From: an uncultured Actinomycetes bacterium
GTDB lineage: Bacteria > Actinomycetota > Thermoleophilia > RBG-16-64-13
DNA length: 64,000 nt
Direction of reading: 5' to 3'
Assembly (NCBI GenBank): GCA_963841735.1
Contig: CAWJDT010000005.1
Coordinates: 32,001-96,000, forward strand
Positions 58,456-64,000 of this stretch are shown here, piece after piece (position 1 is the stretch's first letter; each line of letters starts with the position of its first letter). Made by a program: the position numbers and the translations under genes. The notes below the pieces were generated by a model, which was given only the letters and a program-made list of their open reading frames with translations, was not told the DNA's origin and made no database searches.

Positions 58456-60414
58456 GTGGCAAACGAATCCCTTGAAGGAAAGATTTTTGACGTTCCGGCC
58501 GAGTTCAGGGAAACCGCCTGGGTCTCGAGCATGGATCAGTATCAGGAGATGTACCGGCGCTCGCTGGACGACTCCGACGCGTTCTGGGCCGAACAAGCCG
58601 AGAAGAGACTCCACTGGTACAAGAAGTGGGACAGGGTCCAGAACCATGATTTCGCCAACGCCAAGATCCGTTGGTTTGAGGGCGGCAAGCTCAACGTGTC
58701 GTACAACTGCCTTGACCGGCACTTGGACACCCCCGCTGCCGACAAGGTAGCCTACTACTTTGAGGGCGACTCCCCCGAGTCGACCCGCGTCATCACCTAC
58801 AGGCAGTTGTGGGAAGAAGTCACCAAGTTCGCCAACGTTCTCAAGAAGAAGGGCGTCAAAAAGGGCGACCGGGTAATGATCTACCTGCCCATGATCCCTG
58901 AGCTTCCTGTTGCTATGCTCGCCTGCGCCCGCATCGGCGCCGTCCACTGCGTGGTTTTCGGTGGCTTCTCCGCCGACGCTCTGCGTGACCGCGCGGTCAA
59001 CGCCGACGCCAGCGTCATGATCACCGCCGACACAGGTCTGCGCGGCGGTCGCCCGACCCCGCTCAAAACCGCTGCCGACGCCGCCATGGCCGAGAGCCCC
59101 TCTGTGAAGAACTGCATCGTGGTCAAACACACCGGCACGGAGATCCCCTGGACTGAGGGTCGCGACACCTGGTACCACGAAGAACTGGCTGCTCCGGGCA
59201 TCACCACCGATTGCCCCTGCGAAGAGATGGACGCCGAAGATCCGCTGTTCATCCTCTACACTTCCGGCTCCACGGGCAAGCCCAAGGGCGTTATGCACAC
59301 CACTGGTGGCTATCTGCTCTACGGCGCCATGACCCATGAGCTCATCTTCGACTACAAGCCCGAACAGGTCTACTGGTGCACAGCCGACATCGGCTGGGTC
59401 ACGGGCCACACCTACATCGTCTACGGCCCGCTGGCCAACGCTGCCACCAGCGTCCTCTTCGAGGGCATCCCCAGCTACCCCAGCCCCGACCGCTTCTGGG
59501 CCGTTTGCGAGAAGTACAAGGTCAACATCTTCTACACCGCTCCTACCGCTCTGCGTGCCGTGGCCCGCGAAGGTGACGAGTGGGTCAAGAAGCACGACCT
59601 GTCCGACCTGCGCATCCTGGGCACCGTGGGCGAGCCCATCAACCCCGAAGTCTGGCTGTGGTATCACGACCTCATCGGCGGCGGCCGCTGCCCGATCGTG
59701 GACACCTACTGGCAGACCGAGACCGGTGGTTTCCTCATCACCCCGTTCCCCGGCGCTATGAAGATCAAGCCGGGCTCCGCGACTCTCCCCTTCTTCGGCG
59801 TCGAGCCTGTGCTCGTCGACGAGAACGGCGAAGAGATCACCGGACCTGGTGTGGGCAACCTCTGCATACGCCGCCCGTGGCCCGGCATGATGCGCGGCGT
59901 CTACGGCGAAGCAGAGCGCTTCAAAGACACCTACTTCGTCCAGTACCCCGGCCTGTACTTCACCGGTGACGGCTGCCGGCGCGACGAGGACGGATATCAC
60001 TGGATCACCGGCCGCGTGGACGACGTCATCAACGTCTCCGGGCACCGCATGGGTACCGCCGAGGTCGAATCGGCTCTCGTCAGCCACGCCTCTGTCGCAG
60101 AGGCTGCCGTAGTAGGTATGCCCCACCCCATCAAGGGCCAGGGCATCTACGCCTACGTCACCCTCAACGTAGGCGTCGAGCCCTCGGACGAGCTGAAGAA
60201 AGAACTGGTCAAGCACGTACGCTCGGAGATCGGCCCCATCGCCACTCCGGACGTCATCCAGTGGGCCGTCGGTCTGCCGAAGACCCGCTCGGGCAAGATC
60301 ATGCGCCGCATCCTCAAGAAGATCGCCGCCAACGAGATCGGTGACTTGGGCGACACCTCCACCCTTGCCGACCCGTCGGTGGTGGAGAACCTGGTGGACA
60401 ACCGCCAGAAGTAA
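58456..60414 (+). CDS. acs: Acetyl-CoA synthetase
   Basis: [43 protein letters not shown]. Confidence 0.97.
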   Translation: MANESLEGKIFDVPAEFRETAWVSSMDQYQEMYRRSLDDSDAFWAEQAEKRLHWYKKWDRVQNHDFANAKIRWFEGGKLNVSYNCLDRHLDTPAADKVAYYFEGDSPESTRVITYRQLWEEVTKFANVLKKKGVKKGDRVMIYLPMIPELPVAMLACARIGAVHCVVFGGFSADALRDRAVNADASVMITADTGLRGGRPTPLKTAADAAMAESPSVKNCIVVKHTGTEIPWTEGRDTWYHEELAAPGITTDCPCEEMDAEDPLFILYTSGSTGKPKGVMHTTGGYLLYGAMTHELIFDYKPEQVYWCTADIGWVTGHTYIVYGPLANAATSVLFEGIPSYPSPDRFWAVCEKYKVNIFYTAPTALRAVAREGDEWVKKHDLSDLRILGTVGEPINPEVWLWYHDLIGGGRCPIVDTYWQTETGGFLITPFPGAMKIKPGSATLPFFGVEPVLVDENGEEITGPGVGNLCIRRPWPGMMRGVYGEAERFKDTYFVQYPGLYFTGDGCRRDEDGYHWITGRVDDVINVSGHRMGTAEVESALVSHASVAEAAVVGMPHPIKGQGIYAYVTLNVGVEPSDELKKELVKHVRSEIGPIATPDVIQWAVGLPKTRSGKIMRRILKKIAANEIGDLGDTSTLADPSVVENLVDNRQK

Positions 60415-60441
60415 CTAGCGCTGAGCTAGACGCTTCGAACG

Positions 60442-60473
60442 AAGGGGCGGCCGCAAGGCCGCCCCTTTTTTGT
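60442..60473 (+). terminator. Rho-independent terminator of acs
   Basis: AAGGGGCGGCC-GCAA-GGCCGCCCCTT followed by T run. Confidence 0.9.
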
Positions 60474-60484
60474 TGCCGAAGCCC

Positions 60485-60796
60485 CTACGCGTATATGTAG
60501 GCGTGAATGGTCAGTTGCCGGAGCTCCCTGCCATAATCGCCGGAGAGCGCTACAAATCCAGAAGTCACGTCGAAGACACATGTCTTTAGTTCCTTGGTGG
60601 TTCCCCCGTACTGAGACTCCACAAGCGCCCCCAAGTGGCCTGGCCCGTTTCCCACGCGGAAATCGCCGTAGGCCCCACCAAACCCGAGCACCACGCCAAG
60701 CAGGAGCCGGAACCACCACCCTCCGCCCAGACGAGCCAACGCCGCCACTAAACGGGAACGCCCCGCTGCCACCGTGGAGTCATCCGACCCGCGCAC
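60485..60796 (-). CDS. Small hypothetical membrane protein (possibly truncated)
   Basis: One hydrophobic stretch WWFRLLLGVVLGFGGAY; fills an intergenic gap. Confidence 0.35.
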   Translation of the reverse strand: MRGSDDSTVAAGRSRLVAALARLGGGWWFRLLLGVVLGFGGAYGDFRVGNGPGHLGALVESQYGGTTKELKTCVFDVTSGFVALSGDYGRELRQLTIHAYIYA

Positions 60797-60875
60797 CCAT
60801 GAGTACAGCCCCCTATCAGTCTGTCACTGTTGGGCTCCGGCCCACACGACCGCGCCTTAACCTCTGAGTCGCTCC

Positions 60876-62435
60876 TTAGGGCGTCTCGTTGCGAACGGCC
60901 AGGGGCTTCTCTTTGATGAACATCATCAGCACGAACCCGACGGCCATCAGCGGCACGAGGTAGAGATAGACCGGCGCCAGCGCGTCGGCGTATGAGGACA
61001 CGATGACGGCCTTCAGTTGTTCCGGCATCTGAGCGACCACCTCCGGAGTAAGGGCGCGCACGTTCACCGGTCCGCTAAGGCCCGTCTCCACAGAGGCAAG
61101 CCTCTGGATCAACAGGTCCATGAGACGGCTGGTAAAGAGACTGCCGACGACGGCCGAGCCCAGCGACGACCCGATCTGGCGCAAGAAGCTGTAGGCGCCG
61201 GTGGCGGTGCCGACCTCCGTGATGGGAAACGAGTTCTGCACGATGACGATGAGAATCTGAAACCCGATTCCGCTGCCAACGCCGCAGACGAACAGGTAGA
61301 AGCAGATTGTCCAGAGGGAAGTGCCGGACGTCATTGTCGAGAGCAGGAATAGGCTCAAAGTGATGAGCAGCCCGCTCGTCGCCGGCATCCACCTGTACCG
61401 CCCGGTCCTGGTCGCTATGGCCCCCGAACCCAGCGACGCCGTGACAATGCCCATCGCTAGAGGTACCACCAGCAGACCCGCCTTGGTCGCGCTCAGGCCG
61501 CTGACCATCTGCAGGTAGCTGGGCACGTAGATCACGACACCAATGAAGGCTACGGAGCTCAGAAGGCCTCCAATGGTGGCCAGGTTGAAGTTGCGGTCAC
61601 GGAACAGATGCAGCGGGATGATGGGCTCGGCCGCCTTGCTCTCCACCAGAACCAGCATCGCGCTGCCAACGACGGCCAAGCCAATGAGACCGAGGATGAC
61701 GGGCGACCCCCAGGCGTACTGAGCCCCTCCCCACGAGATCACCAGGATGATGGCGGTGGTGGCGATTGCCATCACAGCCATCCCCAAGATGTCGAGCCTG
61801 GGTCGGCCGGTCCTCCGCACAGGCGTCTTCAGAAACACAGAGGCGGCAACCACGGCGAGCATGGCGAGGGGTAGATTGAACCAGAAGGCCCACCGCCACC
61901 CGATGGTGTCGGCAAACCAACCCCCGAGGATCGGGCCCAGCACGGACGCGAACGCCCAAGCCCCGCCCAAGACGCCCATGTAGATGCCCCGTTGCCGTGG
62001 CGGGACGACGTCGGCGATGATCGCCTGCGAGAGGACCATCAACCCGCCTCCGCCGAGCCCCTGTACTGCGCGCGCTGCGATGAGCACCGGCATGTTGCCT
62101 GCGAGCCCACCCAGCACCGAGCCCGCCAAGAATAGGGCAAGGGAGCTCAAGAACAGCACCTTGTGCCCGATGAGGTCACCCAGCTTGCCGTAGACCGGCA
62201 TGATGATGGTGGAGGCCAGAATGTAGGCGGTAGTCACCCACAGCATCTGGTCTAGACCGTGGAGGTCGCCCACAATCGTGGGCAGCGCGGTGGCGAAAAT
62301 GGTCTGGTCGAGGGCCGAAAGCAGGGTTGCCACGAAGAGCGCCACGACCACGAAGGCCAAGTCTCGCTTGTCTAAAGCCCCTGGTCGTCCGTCGCGTTGT
62401 TGCCTATCGCTCACTGCCACCTCTGATGTCGTCAC
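60876..62435 (-). CDS. DHA2 (EmrB/QacA) MFS efflux transporter
   Basis: ALDQTI.ATALPTI, GKLGDLIG, ARAVQGLGGGG, WRWAFWFNLP. Confidence 0.93.
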   Translation of the reverse strand: MTTSEVAVSDRQQRDGRPGALDKRDLAFVVVALFVATLLSALDQTIFATALPTIVGDLHGLDQMLWVTTAYILASTIIMPVYGKLGDLIGHKVLFLSSLALFLAGSVLGGLAGNMPVLIAARAVQGLGGGGLMVLSQAIIADVVPPRQRGIYMGVLGGAWAFASVLGPILGGWFADTIGWRWAFWFNLPLAMLAVVAASVFLKTPVRRTGRPRLDILGMAVMAIATTAIILVISWGGAQYAWGSPVILGLIGLAVVGSAMLVLVESKAAEPIIPLHLFRDRNFNLATIGGLLSSVAFIGVVIYVPSYLQMVSGLSATKAGLLVVPLAMGIVTASLGSGAIATRTGRYRWMPATSGLLITLSLFLLSTMTSGTSLWTICFYLFVCGVGSGIGFQILIVIVQNSFPITEVGTATGAYSFLRQIGSSLGSAVVGSLFTSRLMDLLIQRLASVETGLSGPVNVRALTPEVVAQMPEQLKAVIVSSYADALAPVYLYLVPLMAVGFVLMMFIKEKPLAVRNETP

Positions 62436-63637
62436 CTTGTCGAACGAAGTTGCTTTTCTACACTTGGTTCGCCGAGCCTACCGCGCCTTGCGGCGAGCAG
62501 GATGACGAAGCCGCCCACTGCCAGGGAGCCTACCGCCAATTCGAACACCGCGGCTGGGCCTATCGAGTCATAGATCAAACCACCCAAGAGCCCTGCCGCC
62601 AGGGGGGCCAGACCGAACAGACACATAGTCAGCAATCCCTGCGCCGTGGAAGCCCATTCTTCAGGAGTGCGTTTGGTGACCAGACGAACCGTGGACGTGA
62701 GCCACAGGCCGTATCCCAGCCCCCTGACGACGGCGAAGACCAGCAGAAGGTCGGGGTTGTGAGTCAAAGCATACCCGAGGAAGGCGCCCGCCATAAGTCC
62801 ATAGGAGCAGAGCGCTGCGTTCGTCTCGTTGATCCGTTCCGAGATGCGGTTGCTGAAGAACATCGTCGGCAGCTCGGCCAACGCGCCGAACGCTCCCATC
62901 GCCCCTATCAGAGTGTTCCCTCCTCCGAGCGACCTGGCGTATATGCCGCCGAACGTCCCTGCCAGGCTGCAGGCGATCCCCGAAAGAACAGTGGCCGCAA
63001 GCAGCAACACCAGCCCTCGGTCGCGCAAGAGCTGAGACACCGGCTTGTGCCCTCGCACCTCGGTAACGGGACCCTCCTCCAGGCGACTCGCAAGCAGAAG
63101 CGGGGGCAGGCACAAGACGCTCCCCGCAATGAACATCGACCTAAAGCCAACCGCCTGCCAGAGGGCTCCGCATCCCAACGCGCTGATCGCAAAGCCGAGG
63201 GATCCCCACAGGCGCATTCCCCCATAGTTGAACCGGTTCCTGTGGGCCATGCGGGCGATCAGGCCATCCGAAATGTTGATGGTAGGCGTGGAGAACACGG
63301 CCCAGAAGAACATCAGCGGCACAATGCTGGCAAACGTTACGGGCAGGCGCAACAGGAAGAAAGTGACACAGGTACCTGCCAGAGCGACCTGGGTGACCTG
63401 CACGCGCCTGCGATGGCGATCGGCATAAGAAGCGACCGTGGTTGTAAGCAGCATCGTTACAATCGGCGGCAGGCTCGCCAGCAGGCCAACTTGTCTACCG
63501 CTTAGACCAAGGTCAGAGAAGTAGACGTACAGAAACGGAACGTAGGCGCCGTTGCACAGGTAGAACAACAGATAGAAGAGCGAGCCGCTCCGGGCAGATG
63601 GGGCTCTACCCGGAAGCGCGCGCTCTTCACCGCTCAT
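62432..63637 (-). CDS. MFS transporter (MFS_1-like/HcaT-like)
   Basis: PFLYVYF..LGLSG.QVG, YGGMRLWGSLGF, AELP. Confidence 0.88.
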   Translation of the reverse strand: MSGEERALPGRAPSARSGSLFYLLFYLCNGAYVPFLYVYFSDLGLSGRQVGLLASLPPIVTMLLTTTVASYADRHRRRVQVTQVALAGTCVTFFLLRLPVTFASIVPLMFFWAVFSTPTINISDGLIARMAHRNRFNYGGMRLWGSLGFAISALGCGALWQAVGFRSMFIAGSVLCLPPLLLASRLEEGPVTEVRGHKPVSQLLRDRGLVLLLAATVLSGIACSLAGTFGGIYARSLGGGNTLIGAMGAFGALAELPTMFFSNRISERINETNAALCSYGLMAGAFLGYALTHNPDLLLVFAVVRGLGYGLWLTSTVRLVTKRTPEEWASTAQGLLTMCLFGLAPLAAGLLGGLIYDSIGPAAVFELAVGSLAVGGFVILLAARRGRLGEPSVEKQLRSTR

Positions 63638-63684
63638 AGGAATCTGCGCGAAATCACTGCTCTCACCCGAGCCCAGCGCCCCGT

Positions 63685-64000
63685 CTACTTGACCACCAGG
63701 CTCACCAGCCGCCCGGGCACCACCACTTCCTTGACCAGAGTCACGCCTTCCAGGTACTTGGCCACCCCGGGAAGGGCCTTGGCCGCGACGAGCACGTCGG
63801 CGGCGGTAGCGTCCTTAGCCACTTCCACCCGGTCGCGCACCTTGCCGTTGATCTGCACGGCCAGTTCCACTGTGTCGGCGGTGAGGAAACGCGCGTCGGC
63901 CTCCGGCCACGGCGCGTCCCAGACATCCTTGCGGCCCATCAATTGCCACAGCTCAGCGCCCATGTGGGGAGCGAAGGGCTCCAGCAGGCGCACCGTGGCC
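63685..64000 (-). CDS. leuS: Leucyl-tRNA synthetase, 3' end (partial at window edge)
   Basis: LL.PFAPH..ELW, WP, AVQINGKVR, VVPGRLV. Confidence 0.9.
   Translation of the reverse strand, partial: ATVRLLEPFAPHMGAELWQLMGRKDVWDAPWPEADARFLTADTVELAVQINGKVRDRVEVAKDATAADVLVAAKALPGVAKYLEGVTLVKEVVVPGRLVSLVVK

Noticed and set aside
58201-60216. 671-aa minus-strand ORF
   Set aside because: Antisense shadow of acs caused by high-GC codon bias
1-64000. CRISPR arrays, rRNA/tRNA genes, integrases, transposases, reverse transcriptases
   Set aside because: None recognised on either strand by eye; covariance-model searches were not possible

Overview
High-GC bacterial chromosome segment, probably from an anaerobic Actinomycetota lineage such as Thermoleophilia (inferred from the futalosine menaquinone genes, Thr-rich lipoproteins and the comEA-comEC-holA-rpsT-murJ block). 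The right half (about 37.6-64 kb) is mostly core genome: murJ, rpsT, holA, comEC, comEA, rubrerythrin, yajQ, a hybrid kinase, an ABC-F ATPase, mqnD/mqnB, pdhABC, adh, a beta-CASP RNase, acs, two MFS transporters and the 3' end of leuS. The left half (about 1-37 kb) is an accessory region between murJ and a truncated 5' fragment of lepA. It holds toxin-antitoxin debris, an attC-like site, an orphan 2TM/beta-barrel (Cap15-like) gene and several lipoproteins. It also holds a roughly 26-kb co-directional catabolic cluster: three PhlG/phloretin-hydrolase-like C-C hydrolase paralogs, two ceramidase-like amidases, two esterases, a lactonase, an MBL hydrolase, a GATase1-like protein, an MFS transporter, two family-5 ABC importers, and a TetR regulator with readable operator sites. 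Several housekeeping genes carry in-frame peptide insertions encoded by DNA hairpins. About a dozen frameshifts may be sequencing errors. I saw no rRNA, tRNA, CRISPR array, integrase or transposase. Family assignments come from motif recognition by eye, not database searches.
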